This document shows, in pieces, positions 48,758 to 59,439 of a stretch of 64,000 nt of DNA. Made by a program: the position numbers and the translations under genes. This DNA is from an uncultured bacterium (lineage in GTDB: Bacteria; Armatimonadota; Abditibacteriia; Abditibacteriales; Abditibacteriaceae): NCBI GenBank assembly GCA_963843795.1, contig CAWJLW010000006.1:2108001-2172000 (forward strand), in the 5' to 3' direction. Below the pieces are notes generated by a model. The model ran no database searches. It was given only the letters and a program-made list of their open reading frames with translations, and was not told the origin of the DNA. Numbering within the stretch: the stretch's first letter is position 1; every line of letters begins with the position of its first letter.

Positions 48758-51700
48758 TTACCTTCGAGCGACTAAAGAGCGAGATTTAGTTTCATTTTTT
48801 TTGACGCTTCCCAGTGACTTGAGGCGTTCGCCGTTTTCGATAAGTTCGGCAGCTTTTTCGGCGGCCAACGGACGCGAGAAATAGTAGCCCTGCGCGTAAT
48901 CGCAGCCCAGACGAGCCAGTTGGTCGAGCTGAATTTGAGTTTCTACGCCTTCGGCAACAACTTTCATGCTTAGACTGCGCGCCAGATTCACTACGGTTTC
49001 GATGATTTCGACATTGCTGCCATCTTCACCGATGCGTGCGATGAACGAGCGGTCGATTTTCAAAACGTCCAAGGGGAATTGATGCAGATAACTGAGCGAA
49101 GAATAGCCCGTACCGAAATCGTCAATCGACAAACGGTAGCCCAGTGAGCGTAATTGTTGCAGCGTTTGAGCCGATTCGTTGGCGTTGTGCATCACCGCAT
49201 TTTCCGTAATTTCCAGCCGAACGCAATTGGGGTTTAATCCGCTTTGTTTAGTGCTGTCATGAACGTTTTGCACAATGGTGCTTTGCCCGAAATGGCGTCC
49301 CGACAGGTTGATGCTGATCGTCAGGTCGTGACGATTGAAACGTTCCTGCCACATGCGAGTTTGGCGACAGGCTTCTTGCAAAACCCATTGATCAAGAGCG
49401 ACAATCAGACCGCTTTCTTCAGCGTAAGCGATGAATTCGTTGGGTGGCACAATGCCGCGTTTGGGATCGTTCCAGCGTGCCAGCGCTTCAAAGCCGGAAA
49501 GGTTGCCAGTTTCAATTTCAATAATTGGCTGGTACCAAACTTCGAAATTCTGACGTTCGATAGCGCGCCTCAACTCGGTTTCCAACCGCAACTGCGCTAC
49601 AGCCTGCGCGTGCATAGTGCTGTCGAACAGTACATAACGCGCGCGCCCTCCGGCTTTGGCGCGATACATAGCGGTATCGGCATCGCGCAGTAAATCTTGC
49701 GCATTTTCGTACAACATTTGTGGTTTCTCGTTATTATTAGAAACCGTTTGTGCGATGGCAATGCCGATACTGGCGGTCGTAGAGAAATTGTGATTATCCA
49801 ATTCCAGAGGCTGCGACAACGTTTTCTGCACACGCTCGGCAATCGTGATGACATCCCCGATTTCCAACACATCATCAATCAGCATCGTAAATTCGTCGCC
49901 ACCCAAACGCGCTACGGTATCGCCGGGACGCAAACAGGTTTCCAGACGACGCGCCACGGTTTGCAACAACTGATCGCCCGCCAGATGCCCCAAACTATCG
50001 TTAATCACTTTGAAGCGATCCAAATCTAAAAACAAGACACCGAATTTGTAATCGTCGCGGCGGCGCGAGCGCGCGATAGCACGCTGCAAACGGTCGAGAA
50101 ACAGGGTACGGTTGGGCAGTTCGGTCAATTCGTCCGACAGGGCTTGCTTCAAAAGTTGTTGTTCGGCATTGCGACGTTTGGTGATGTCGGAAAGCGAACC
50201 GGCCATACGCACCGGTCGTTGATATTCATCGCGAATCATGATGCCGCGCGCTAGCATCCAACGATAAGACTCGTCGCGATGCTGCATGCGAAATTCGCAC
50301 TCGAACTGCTCGCTTTTGCCACTGCGATGGTCGTCCAGTTGGGTATGAATCAGTTCACGGTCGGCGACATGAACGCGGTCGAGCCATTCCTCCGGGTGTT
50401 CAGAGATTTCGTCGCCACTATAGCCACACATTTGTTTCCAACGTTCGCTGTAATAAATGCTATCGGTTTGCAGATTCCAATCCCAAATGCCGTCATTGGC
50501 ACCCTGGGCCGCCAGAGCGTAGCGTTCTTCGGCAATTGCAAGTGCCCGCGCATCGCGCGTTTGCTGATAAATCGTGCAACTAATTCCCGTCAGCATCACA
50601 CTCAACAACGAAGCGCCCACCGGCCAATAAAGGTTGTGCACTTGAAAAAGCCACAACGCGATAAGCCAAATCGCCAGCACAATGCTCAGCGTCCATATCA
50701 CGGTCGCGCGCGCGTTGTTGCCGCCGCACACGATACCGGTAAGGAGCGCACAACTCACCAACAGCAAAGCCTGCCACCAGCGCCCGATTTCGACTAAATT
50801 GCGATTGAGCAAAATATCGTCGATGGCATTGGCCTGCATTTCCATAGCGGGCTGAGACGAAGAAAACGGCGTCGCGTGATGTTCGAAGGTGCCCGGCGCC
50901 GAAGTGCCGATAACTACCACACGATTGTTCCAATAGTTGGGCGGAAATGCCAGCTTTCTGATTTCGGGATCGTCCGAAAGCAGGTCTTTCATCGAAAATG
51001 TATTGAAACTTTTGTAGCCACCAATCCAATTGACCAAAGTTTCGCCATGTTCATCCACGGGCACCTTCTGCTTGCCCAGCATCACATCGTTGCCATCCAG
51101 ACCGATCTGCTGCGGCTTGAGATTCAATCCGTGCGCGGCAGCAGCCAACGCTAGCGAAGGATAATAGCGGCCTTTATACAGAATGAGGTGGGGAATGCGG
51201 CGTAGAGCGCCGGTATCGAGTTCAGGAAAAACCGTGACGTGTCCCAGCGCCGCCGCCGACTTTTGCAAACTGGCCTGCGCAGCCAATCCGCCCACCGCAT
51301 TGAGCGCTGGGCCAATGAAATCACTTTTGCCCCGAGCGGGTAAAGCTTTCAAAGCGAAGCGTTCTGGAAAAGTTGGCAGCGCACTGGTCGAACCGCGTGG
51401 CCATTTGTCATCGAGAAACGGCAGATGAAAAGCGCCCGATTGCACAACTCGTCCCGATTTGGCACAGGCGCGCGCGAACTCGGCGTCGTTGTCAGTGGGA
51501 GTGTAAAAAAGAATATCGAAAGCAATAGTGCTAACACCCGCTTGAGTCAAGCGCGAAACCGCACGTCCATAGAGCGCGCGGTTCAAGGGCCAGCCATAAC
51601 GGGCAACGGTATCGGCGTCCACATCAACAATGGAAACGCGCACCGAAGGATGACGCGTGCCACGGGCACGATAAAGAGTATCGAGCGCGAAACGCTCCAA

Positions 51701-51811
51701 GCCACTGGTCAGGTTCAAACCATGCCAACAAAACAACACCAAGGCGCATAAAACACCCCATGTAATGCCCTGCACGCGACCCGGCCATCGTGAAAATCGC
51801 ATCCTCTTCAT
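48758..51811 (-). CDS. CHASE2-TM-PAS-GGDEF-EAL c-di-GMP signalling protein
   Basis: CHASE2 (IVDVD, IAFDILF), DGIWDW PAS, ARLGGDEF, GFEALARW, IDDFGTGYSSL. Confidence 0.95.
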   Translation of the reverse strand: MKRMRFSRWPGRVQGITWGVLCALVLFCWHGLNLTSGLERFALDTLYRARGTRHPSVRVSIVDVDADTVARYGWPLNRALYGRAVSRLTQAGVSTIAFDILFYTPTDNDAEFARACAKSGRVVQSGAFHLPFLDDKWPRGSTSALPTFPERFALKALPARGKSDFIGPALNAVGGLAAQASLQKSAAALGHVTVFPELDTGALRRIPHLILYKGRYYPSLALAAAAHGLNLKPQQIGLDGNDVMLGKQKVPVDEHGETLVNWIGGYKSFNTFSMKDLLSDDPEIRKLAFPPNYWNNRVVVIGTSAPGTFEHHATPFSSSQPAMEMQANAIDDILLNRNLVEIGRWWQALLLVSCALLTGIVCGGNNARATVIWTLSIVLAIWLIALWLFQVHNLYWPVGASLLSVMLTGISCTIYQQTRDARALAIAEERYALAAQGANDGIWDWNLQTDSIYYSERWKQMCGYSGDEISEHPEEWLDRVHVADRELIHTQLDDHRSGKSEQFECEFRMQHRDESYRWMLARGIMIRDEYQRPVRMAGSLSDITKRRNAEQQLLKQALSDELTELPNRTLFLDRLQRAIARSRRRDDYKFGVLFLDLDRFKVINDSLGHLAGDQLLQTVARRLETCLRPGDTVARLGGDEFTMLIDDVLEIGDVITIAERVQKTLSQPLELDNHNFSTTASIGIAIAQTVSNNNEKPQMLYENAQDLLRDADTAMYRAKAGGRARYVLFDSTMHAQAVAQLRLETELRRAIERQNFEVWYQPIIEIETGNLSGFEALARWNDPKRGIVPPNEFIAYAEESGLIVALDQWVLQEACRQTRMWQERFNRHDLTISINLSGRHFGQSTIVQNVHDSTKQSGLNPNCVRLEITENAVMHNANESAQTLQQLRSLGYRLSIDDFGTGYSSLSYLHQFPLDVLKIDRSFIARIGEDGSNVEIIETVVNLARSLSMKVVAEGVETQIQLDQLARLGCDYAQGYYFSRPLAAEKAAELIENGERLKSLGSVKKNETKSRSLVARR

Positions 51812-52210
51812 ATGTTTCGCTCAAGCATCGCCGCTATCTCACCTTGATGACAAATCAATGGGCATCATTACCGTAAAAATCATTGATGTCGTGCAAGTAC
51901 TTGGAAAGCCAACAACGTCACTTTCCACTTTCCCATCGTCTTTCTCAACCACGCGACAGCGTACATCGAAAATACGATCAGCAATCCTATTACTACGTTT
52001 TGGCCAAAGTTGCTAATTGGGGTTCAGCGGGCGAACTTTGATACCCAAGCGTTGGAGTAATAATTAAAACGCCCCACAAGTTGAGATGCAAGTACTTGCG
52101 GGGCGATTTATGCGTGTATGAGAAAGCGTGGCTCATGGAAATTCAATTAATTAACTCATGAATCATAGTTCCGCGCCATCAGATACTTCAAATACTGCAG
52201 ACAATTTTAT

Positions 52211-53257
52211 TCAATTCTTCTCGTTGTTTTTGCCACGCTTTTTTCCGTGTTTGGCGGGTTTGGCCTTTTTGCCCAAAATATCGTTTGGGACATTAATTTC
52301 GACGTGCGGAGTAATGACCGTATTGATAGCAGGCGTGCCGCACGCGACGCGGCTGGTCTCGTTTTTGGATATATCCGTCCAATCTTCTCTGTAGTCGGGC
52401 GAAGCCACATCTTCGCCATTGTAAGTTCCGCTAACCATAATGCGAAACTCTGTGCCCAATGCGCCCGCAGTCGCAGTCGGCGTAGAAACATCAAATTTAG
52501 AACCGTGGTGGACGCTGTACACGACATCTCCTAATGCTTGACGCACTACCGTATAAAGCGTCAATTCGTTGTTCATGACAAAAGATTGCAACACAGTGAC
52601 ATCGCTGCCCGCGCTCAAATCGCAGGTCGAACCATCAGCGAAACGAATCAAAGCTGAACCACCGGTACGAATGCGGTCGGCCCCGTGTAATTCCATCCCA
52701 TCGACGCCCGATATCACTCCCGAACCTGGCCGCTCGACCGAGGTCGCATTGGTGCTCACCAGAATCGCGGGTTTGACAGCGAAATTATGGGTTTGAATGC
52801 CAGCAAAGGCTTGAAAACCTCGCCCGGATTCTTCGTGAAAAGGGCACATAATCGTTGGCACTTCGCCAATGGCCGGTAGCACTTTTTCAAAACGCTTGTC
52901 GTTACGCACCGGACGCTGGATGTAAAAATCGCCGTAACCATCGCTTTGGGGTTCGGGATCGTCAGGACAATGCAACATCGTAGTCGAAACATATTTGCCC
53001 TCAGCTAACTCGCGCAAATATATCGGATAATGTCCTTTTTCCTGCTTGAAAGCATCCAGAGCAACTGCCAGAGATTTCAAATTATTGTCGCATTGAGCCT
53101 GCCGCGACGATTCACCAACGCGATTGAAAGCCCCAAAACTCAACGTCGCCAATAAACTGATAATTGCGATAACCACCAAAATCTCCACCAGAGTGAAGCC
53201 GCGCCGATGCGCACTAAAAGAGTTTTTTAAACCGGGAAGATAGGGATGTCTATGCAT
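52211..53257 (-). CDS. Prepilin N-methylation protein fused to a FecR-like domain
   Basis: [50 protein letters not shown]. Confidence 0.8.
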   Translation of the reverse strand: MHRHPYLPGLKNSFSAHRRGFTLVEILVVIAIISLLATLSFGAFNRVGESSRQAQCDNNLKSLAVALDAFKQEKGHYPIYLRELAEGKYVSTTMLHCPDDPEPQSDGYGDFYIQRPVRNDKRFEKVLPAIGEVPTIMCPFHEESGRGFQAFAGIQTHNFAVKPAILVSTNATSVERPGSGVISGVDGMELHGADRIRTGGSALIRFADGSTCDLSAGSDVTVLQSFVMNNELTLYTVVRQALGDVVYSVHHGSKFDVSTPTATAGALGTEFRIMVSGTYNGEDVASPDYREDWTDISKNETSRVACGTPAINTVITPHVEINVPNDILGKKAKPAKHGKKRGKNNEKN

Positions 53258-53483
53258 AATTCAATCTCAAATTTCAGTCGCCAAACCCTTTCATGCCATA
53301 ACTTGACACGATTTTGAGCAGTTTACAAAGCACCTTCTAACACGTTTGAGCAATTTCTATAAGTGCCTCGCAACACGGGTTGCATCTGTAGATAACAACA
53401 GGGATGCACCAAAATTGCCACACAACAAAACCACGTTGTGCAGTACGTGCCAATCTGTTGGCACGTACTTGCCAGAGACTAAT

Positions 53484-54812
53484 TCACAAGTCGAGCGCGC
53501 CGTCATACAAATCGAGTTCGGGATTCTGGCTGAGAATTTTAAAAGTGTCGCGCACTTGCCGAAAACCGTTTTGCATTAAAAAACCGGCATCGCGGCCATA
53601 ACTTTTAATGCCCAAAACGAAGAAATTCGGCTCGCCGCTATCCAACAAATCCGGTTCATCGGGCGCGAATTTCCATTTGTCAATTGCGGGAACTTTGGCT
53701 TTTTCAGCTTCGTTTTTTTCTTCCTTGTGAGCATAGCCGGTCGAAAGACCAACGCCCGCGCGGTGATTATTTTCAATCAATGCGGTCGCCAAAACGAACG
53801 GACCATCGGTTGCGGGATGAACATGAACTTCAATTTCTTGCCACAGGGTTTTGTCAGGGCGAAAACCAGTGTGCGCGGCGATATTATCAACGCGAATAGT
53901 TTCCAGATGGGTAGTTTGGCCATCGAAAGTCGATAAAGTCGCCTGCAAGTACTTGCCATCGGCTTCGACGGCGTCCAGAACTGTGCGCGGGCGAAAATCG
54001 ACGCGCGCATTTTCCGCAAGCTCGTTGGCGCGTCGGTGCAATTGGTCGCGGTGCGGCGAAGGATCATCTGCAATTAAAGTGTAGGGCAAACCGTGTTCGG
54101 GCACGTCGCGGCGCACGGCCCAGGTAATGCGCGTTTCAGGATCATCGAACAAAGCGCCAATTGAACGCAACGTAGAAGCAGCGGAATGCCCGCTGCCGAT
54201 GACCAAAGTGTGATGCCCTTTGTAGCGCGCCGTATCGCGTCCGGGCAAGTTTCCAGCACCGTCGATGTCGGGAATATGATAGTCAATGCGATTTTGTAGC
54301 TCGATTTCGCCCACAGCGGGCATTCCACCGTTGCCCGCGAAATTGGGAGTGGCGTAAACGCCGCTGGCATCGATCACAGCGTCGAAATGCTCGACGCGCT
54401 GGCCGACCGGCGTTTGAATCAACACGCGAAACGGAAATTCATTTCGTCGATTATCACCGATAAAATCGGAGCGCAAACAGCGTTCGCGTCCCAATTGTAG
54501 AACCGGAGTTTGAGGAAAAATGCGACCGCGCAGCGGTTCCAAACCAGAAAGTTTAGTAACGTAATCGGCCAATTCATCGCCGCTGGAATTGGTTTCTTCA
54601 GCAGGTAAAGTCGCGCCGCGCTCTTTTAACAAACGCGCGGCCAATGGCGAACGATTGCGCTTCCATTCGGTGAAAACATTGACGTGGCCCCACTGACGCA
54701 CATTTTCGGCCAAACGTCCGCGCTCGAATAATTGCACATCGAAACCGGCTATCGCGCCATATAATGCCGCTTCCATTCCAATCGGCCCGCCGCCGATAAT
54801 TGCCACACGCAT
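53484..54812 (-). CDS. FAD/NAD(P)-dependent oxidoreductase (flavoprotein monooxygenase-like)
   Basis: VAIIGGGPIG, VIDASG, VIGSGHSA, TGFRPD, LGIKSYGR. Confidence 0.85.
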   Translation of the reverse strand: MRVAIIGGGPIGMEAALYGAIAGFDVQLFERGRLAENVRQWGHVNVFTEWKRNRSPLAARLLKERGATLPAEETNSSGDELADYVTKLSGLEPLRGRIFPQTPVLQLGRERCLRSDFIGDNRRNEFPFRVLIQTPVGQRVEHFDAVIDASGVYATPNFAGNGGMPAVGEIELQNRIDYHIPDIDGAGNLPGRDTARYKGHHTLVIGSGHSAASTLRSIGALFDDPETRITWAVRRDVPEHGLPYTLIADDPSPHRDQLHRRANELAENARVDFRPRTVLDAVEADGKYLQATLSTFDGQTTHLETIRVDNIAAHTGFRPDKTLWQEIEVHVHPATDGPFVLATALIENNHRAGVGLSTGYAHKEEKNEAEKAKVPAIDKWKFAPDEPDLLDSGEPNFFVLGIKSYGRDAGFLMQNGFRQVRDTFKILSQNPELDLYDGALDL

Positions 54813-54917
54813 AATTTTTCAGAGATTTAAGCAAAGTTGAAATTTGAATGTCCTGCAAGTACTTGCAGGACATTCATTGAAGAAAACGAGTATTAAACTG
54901 CTTCTGTCAACAGCGTG

Positions 54918-55706
54918 TCAAAGTGTATTTTTGCGTTGTGCGACGACCAACGAGCCGAAAGCAAAAATTGTGCACGATGCCAGAACCGGCAGGTAAGGCA
55001 ATTGAACTTTAGCTTGCGTTGCCTTTTGTTTTGTCAACGCTTCCACGCGCGCCAGATTGTTTTTGTTCACGGCTTCGTCGGGGAAATCGCGCACCAAATC
55101 GCGCCACGTTTGCGCGCTGAGCTGCCATTCGCCCGCGTGTTCGGCGCTGTGCGCCAGACGACGACGCAGCATCTGGCTTTCGTTAGCCGGAGCCTCAGCC
55201 GGAAAATGCGCAACGGCCTGACGATAAGCGTTCAAACTTTCGGGCACCATTTTCTGCAAATCGTAATGCTGACCGGCTTCGTCCCACATATCCCAATTAT
55301 CGGGATTGGCCTTGGTGCCGCGCTGAATAAAAGCGACCGCGTCATCTTTTTTGCCCAAGCTCCACAACAACCAGGCACCAACGCTATAGCTTTCCACGTC
55401 GGTCGGATCGAGCGCGACAATAGCGCGGTGCAATTGAATCGCGCGTTCGTAATCGCCCTTATGAAACGCCTCGTCTGATTTGCGCCAGAAATAATCGAGG
55501 TTGCTTTCGGTCTTGGGATCGAACGGTGCGGAGTGCGCGGCGTGTTCTTCATCGCTTTCTTTGGCGTGCGCAGAATACGGACCCACAGCCGGAGTTTTGG
55601 GGTTGCCCGCCGGAGCTTGCGCTTTGCCCATGTTAGCGACACAAAGTGAAAACGCCACACCCGCAATTAAAAAATGTCCCGTTCGCCCTGCAAGTACTTG
55701 CACCAT
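54918..55706 (-). CDS. TPR-repeat exported protein
   Basis: Signal-like N-terminus, TPR helices (FHKGDYERAI...LDPTD; ANPDNW), C-terminal TM. Confidence 0.7.
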   Translation of the reverse strand: MVQVLAGRTGHFLIAGVAFSLCVANMGKAQAPAGNPKTPAVGPYSAHAKESDEEHAAHSAPFDPKTESNLDYFWRKSDEAFHKGDYERAIQLHRAIVALDPTDVESYSVGAWLLWSLGKKDDAVAFIQRGTKANPDNWDMWDEAGQHYDLQKMVPESLNAYRQAVAHFPAEAPANESQMLRRRLAHSAEHAGEWQLSAQTWRDLVRDFPDEAVNKNNLARVEALTKQKATQAKVQLPYLPVLASCTIFAFGSLVVAQRKNTL

Positions 55707-55715
55707 GATTTTCTC

Positions 55716-56750
55716 CTATTCCGCTGTCAAATTGCGCGTTTCGGCCACAACATACGGCGCTTTGTTCTGCGTTTCGTAATAAATGCGCATATTCATTTCG
55801 GCCACTAAGCCCATCATAATCAGCAGCATCGCGGCCACGAAGCTCAAGATGCCCACATAGAACAACGGGTTGCCGTTAATATGATTTTGCGGCTTCATTA
55901 AGCGTTCGATAACCGCAATCAGCCACATCAAACCACCCGCGCCCGCGCACCACAGCCCCATGCCACCGAAGAAGTAAATTGGCTTATTGCCGTAGCCACC
56001 CAGAAATTTAACGACCATTAAATCGAGCATCACTTTGAAGATGCGATTGAAACCGTATTTTGACTGGCCAGCCATTCGCGCGTGATGATTAACCGGAATT
56101 TCCGTGACGCGCGCGCCAACCATGTGTGCATAAGCCGGAATGAAACGGTGCATTTCGCCATAAAGCGAAACATCTTTGATGACATCGGCGCGATAAGCTT
56201 TGAGCGAACAACCGTAATCGTGAAGAGCAACGCCAGTTACGCGCGAGATAAGCTTATTCGCGATTTGCGAAGGAATTTTGCGAATAGTTTTGTCCTGGCG
56301 TTTCAAACGCCAGCCTGAGACTACATCGTAACCTTCGTCGATTTTTTCCAGCAATCGCGGCACATCGGCGGGATCGTTTTGGCCATCGGCATCCAGCGGA
56401 ATAATCACGCGACCGCGCGCCGTTTTCAAACCTGCAGCCATGGCTGCGGTTTGCCCGAAATTGCGCCGAAAACGAATCACCTTAGCGCGTTCGTCGCTTT
56501 GAGCAATCTGGTCGAGAAGAGCGAACGAACCGTCGCGACTGCCATCATCGACGTACAGAATTTCAAAGCTCAAACCCAGCGCTTCGAGCGCGACGACGAT
56601 TTTTTCGTGCACGGCGACGATGTTTTCAGCCTCATTATAAACCGGTACCACAATCGACAATTCAAGCGCGCTGCTTTGGGCCGCAACATCCAACACGGCG
56701 GGCGTTGCGCTTTGCCTTTCAAGCGCGGCGGAAGAAGAAGAACTGTTCAC
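55716..56750 (-). CDS. Glycosyltransferase family 2 (ArnC/DPM-like) with C-terminal TMs
   Basis: SIVVPVYNE, VDDGSRD, RNFGQTAA, LDADGQNDP, HDYGCSLKAYR, GEMHRFIP; start approximate. Confidence 0.9.
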   Translation of the reverse strand: MNSSSSSAALERQSATPAVLDVAAQSSALELSIVVPVYNEAENIVAVHEKIVVALEALGLSFEILYVDDGSRDGSFALLDQIAQSDERAKVIRFRRNFGQTAAMAAGLKTARGRVIIPLDADGQNDPADVPRLLEKIDEGYDVVSGWRLKRQDKTIRKIPSQIANKLISRVTGVALHDYGCSLKAYRADVIKDVSLYGEMHRFIPAYAHMVGARVTEIPVNHHARMAGQSKYGFNRIFKVMLDLMVVKFLGGYGNKPIYFFGGMGLWCAGAGGLMWLIAVIERLMKPQNHINGNPLFYVGILSFVAAMLLIMMGLVAEMNMRIYYETQNKAPYVVAETRNLTAE

Positions 56751-56804
56751 GCACGCCAGTATAGCGCGCGATTGCGCGAAAGTGCGCTGCAAGTACTTGC
56801 AGTC

Positions 56805-57770
56805 TTATTTTTCATCGTTCAACAAGCCTTCATCGCGCAGCCAATCGACGAAATTGGCCAAACCCTGCTCGACTGCGATTTGCGGTTGATAATTCAACAT
56901 TTGTTGCGCTTTAGAAATATCGGCGAAAGTTTCAAACGGTTCGGAATTGGGCGCGGGCACGTTTTGCAAATTAGCTTTTTTGCCCAGCAAATTTTCCAGA
57001 ATCTGCACAAACTGCAAATTTTCAACCGGGCGACCGCAGCCCAAATTCCAAATTTCCCAACTAAATTCCGCATTCAGCATCGCTATCAGGCCGCGCACGA
57101 TATCGTCGATATAAGTCCAGTCACGCTTTAATTTGCCGCCATCGAAAAGCGTAAGTGTTTCGCCACGCTGAATCTGCATCGTCCATTGCCACGGCATCAT
57201 GTCAGGCCGACCGTGAGGTCCATAAACGTTGAAAAAGCGCGCGATGGCAATCGGCATTTGATAGGAAGAATTGAACGCGTGCGCCATGATTTCCATCGCC
57301 CGTTTGGACGCGGGATAAGGCGCGAGCGGATGCACGGCGGGCGCGTCTTCGCGAAACGGCATCGGCGTGTCGCGCCCGTAAACCGAGCCGGTGGAAGCCA
57401 AAATACAGCGCACGTTGCCACGACTGCGCGCTGCATCCAGTAAATTCATCGTTCCCTGCACATTCACTTCGCCATACAAAAGCGGATGCTGAACCGAATA
57501 ACGCACCGCTGCCATCGCCGCGAGATGCACAACCGCTTCAATCGGCACGCTTTGAAATAGTTCGCGAAGGCCAGCTGCATCGCGCAAATCGAGCTGCTGA
57601 AAAGTGAAGTTCTTAAAATGAAGCAAATCGTGCAGATGGCGATCTTTGTGAGCACGGTCGTAATAAGGATCAAAGTTATCTAATCCGACGACGTGTTCGC
57701 CGCGCCCGACTAATTCGCGCGCCAGACGACTGCCAACAAACCCCGCCACGCCCGTAATGAGAATGCTCAT
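56805..57770 (-). CDS. NAD-dependent epimerase (UDP-glucuronate 4-epimerase-like)
   Basis: ITGVAGFVGS, HLAAMAAVRYS, YPASK, RFFNVYGPHGRPDM, RDWTYIDDI. Confidence 0.92.
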   Translation of the reverse strand: MSILITGVAGFVGSRLARELVGRGEHVVGLDNFDPYYDRAHKDRHLHDLLHFKNFTFQQLDLRDAAGLRELFQSVPIEAVVHLAAMAAVRYSVQHPLLYGEVNVQGTMNLLDAARSRGNVRCILASTGSVYGRDTPMPFREDAPAVHPLAPYPASKRAMEIMAHAFNSSYQMPIAIARFFNVYGPHGRPDMMPWQWTMQIQRGETLTLFDGGKLKRDWTYIDDIVRGLIAMLNAEFSWEIWNLGCGRPVENLQFVQILENLLGKKANLQNVPAPNSEPFETFADISKAQQMLNYQPQIAVEQGLANFVDWLRDEGLLNDEK

Positions 57771-57941
57771 AAATTGATTTCCTGAAAATGCCGCTGCAAG
57801 TACTTGCAGCGCAGTTTGCACCGATTTTTGTAGGCACAGAAGTCGCAGCGATTCCAGCGCCCTACCGCTTTGACATCTCTTGTCAATTTGACACCTTCTG
57901 TCAATATGCGGCGGCAAATTTAATTTCAATGGAGTTTGAAT

Positions 57942-58445
57942 ATGTCTCAAGTCACGATGCAGGGCAACCCTTTACAAACCAACGGCGAATTGCCCACAGT
58001 GGGCCAGAGTGCGCCTGATTTTGAACTGACCGCATCCGATATGTCACAAGTGAAGCTCAGCGATTCAGCGGGTAAGGTTCGCATTTTATCGATTGTGCCT
58101 TCAGTTGATACGGGCGTGTGCTCTCTGCAAACCGCGCGCTTTGACCAGGAACTGCAAAAAATGGCCGGCGAGGTTGTGGGATATTCGATTAGCGTGGATA
58201 CACCGTTTGCGCTCAAGCGCTGGTTGGGCGAAGAAGACGCTGAAAAAATCAAGGCCTTGTCGGATTTCAAAGATCATCAAGCTCTGCGTGATTATGGCGT
58301 TTATATCGAAGAAGCGGGCATCGCCGCGCGTTCGGTAGTGATTGTTGATAGTGATGGAAAAGTCGCTTACACGCAACTGGTGCCGGAAATCGCTCAGGAG
58401 CCAAACTACGACGAAGTTTTGTCCAAAGTGCGCGAATTGATTTAA
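57942..58445 (+). CDS. tpx: Thiol peroxidase
   Basis: VGQSAPDF, SIVPSVDTGVCSLQT, ISVDTPFA, ARSV, EPNYD. Confidence 0.93.
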   Translation: MSQVTMQGNPLQTNGELPTVGQSAPDFELTASDMSQVKLSDSAGKVRILSIVPSVDTGVCSLQTARFDQELQKMAGEVVGYSISVDTPFALKRWLGEEDAEKIKALSDFKDHQALRDYGVYIEEAGIAARSVVIVDSDGKVAYTQLVPEIAQEPNYDEVLSKVRELI

Positions 58446-58490
58446 GTCTTTGGCTTGAGCAAGTACTTGCCGAGCGTTTTATCTGATGTC

Positions 58491-58526
58491 AAAGTTCCCA
58501 GCGGTCAATGCCGTTGGGAACTTTTT
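58491..58526 (+). terminator. Intrinsic terminator after tpx
   Basis: AAAGTTCCCAGCGG-tcaatg-CCGTTGGGAACTTT followed by T-run. Confidence 0.75.
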
Positions 58527-58570
58527 GTTGACCGATCTTTTCTTTTTATTGAGCCGAATTTTTCAACATT

Positions 58571-59383
58571 ATGACTTACTCACTTTTTGATTTATCCGAC
58601 CGCACCGCGATTGTCATCGGTGGAACCGGTGCTTTGGGCGGAGCGATGGCGAGCGCTTTGGCCGCAGCGGGCGCGCACGTCGTGGTTGTCGGACGCGACA
58701 GCGAACGCGGTGAGGAACGCGTCACCCAAATTATCGACGACGGAGGGCAAGCGACTTTTCATGAGGCCGACGCGATGCAGGTCGGAGATTTGGAGCGCGT
58801 GCGCGACGAAGTTCTGGAAATGCGACCTTCTTTAGATATTCTAGTCAATGCGGCGGGCGGCAATCGACCCGAAGCCACGCTTCCGCCGGGCGCGGAATTC
58901 GGAGATTTATCGGTTGAAGCGTGGGGCGATGTTTTCGATTTGAATTTGGTCGGCGGTGCGCTGTTGCCGTGCCAGATTTTCGGGACGGCGATGGTTGCGG
59001 GCGGCGCGGGTTCGATTATCAATATCGCGTCGATGTCGGGCATGATTCCGCTTTCGCGCGTCGTGGCTTATAGCGCGGCCAAAGCTGCGGTTTTGAATTT
59101 GACACAATTTTTGGCGCGCGAATGGGCGTTGCGCGGCGTACGCGTCAATGCGATTAGTCCGGGCTTTTTCCCCGCCGACCAGAATCGCGCGCTGTTGTTC
59201 AACGAAGACGGTTCCTATTCACAGCGCGGCGGGCAGATTATCGCGCATACGCCGATGGCACGTTTTGGAAACGCGGAAGAATTGGCCGGAGCCGTCATCT
59301 GGTTGGCCAGCGAACGTGCTTCGAGCTTTGTCACCGGACAAAACATCGTGGTCGATGGCGGTTTTAGTTCGATGACAATTTAA
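58571..59383 (+). CDS. SDR oxidoreductase (D-mannonate oxidoreductase-like)
   Basis: GGTGALG, LVNAAGGN, YSAAK, RVNAISPGFF, VDGGFS. Confidence 0.9.
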   Translation: MTYSLFDLSDRTAIVIGGTGALGGAMASALAAAGAHVVVVGRDSERGEERVTQIIDDGGQATFHEADAMQVGDLERVRDEVLEMRPSLDILVNAAGGNRPEATLPPGAEFGDLSVEAWGDVFDLNLVGGALLPCQIFGTAMVAGGAGSIINIASMSGMIPLSRVVAYSAAKAAVLNLTQFLAREWALRGVRVNAISPGFFPADQNRALLFNEDGSYSQRGGQIIAHTPMARFGNAEELAGAVIWLASERASSFVTGQNIVVDGGFSSMTI

Positions 59384-59439
59384 ATTTCGCGCCTTGCAAG
59401 TACTTGCAAGGCGCGAAATTGGCAAGGCGCTTTCTCAAT

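Noticed and set aside
51860..52010. Short hydrophobic minus-strand reading frame between the FecR-pilin and CHASE2 genes
   Set aside because: No convincing start codon with RBS.
2832..57950. N-terminal extensions containing CKYLQ, LQVLA or ASTC in many ORF-track proteins
   Set aside because: Artefacts of extending ORFs through intergenic copies of the palindrome; true starts lie downstream.
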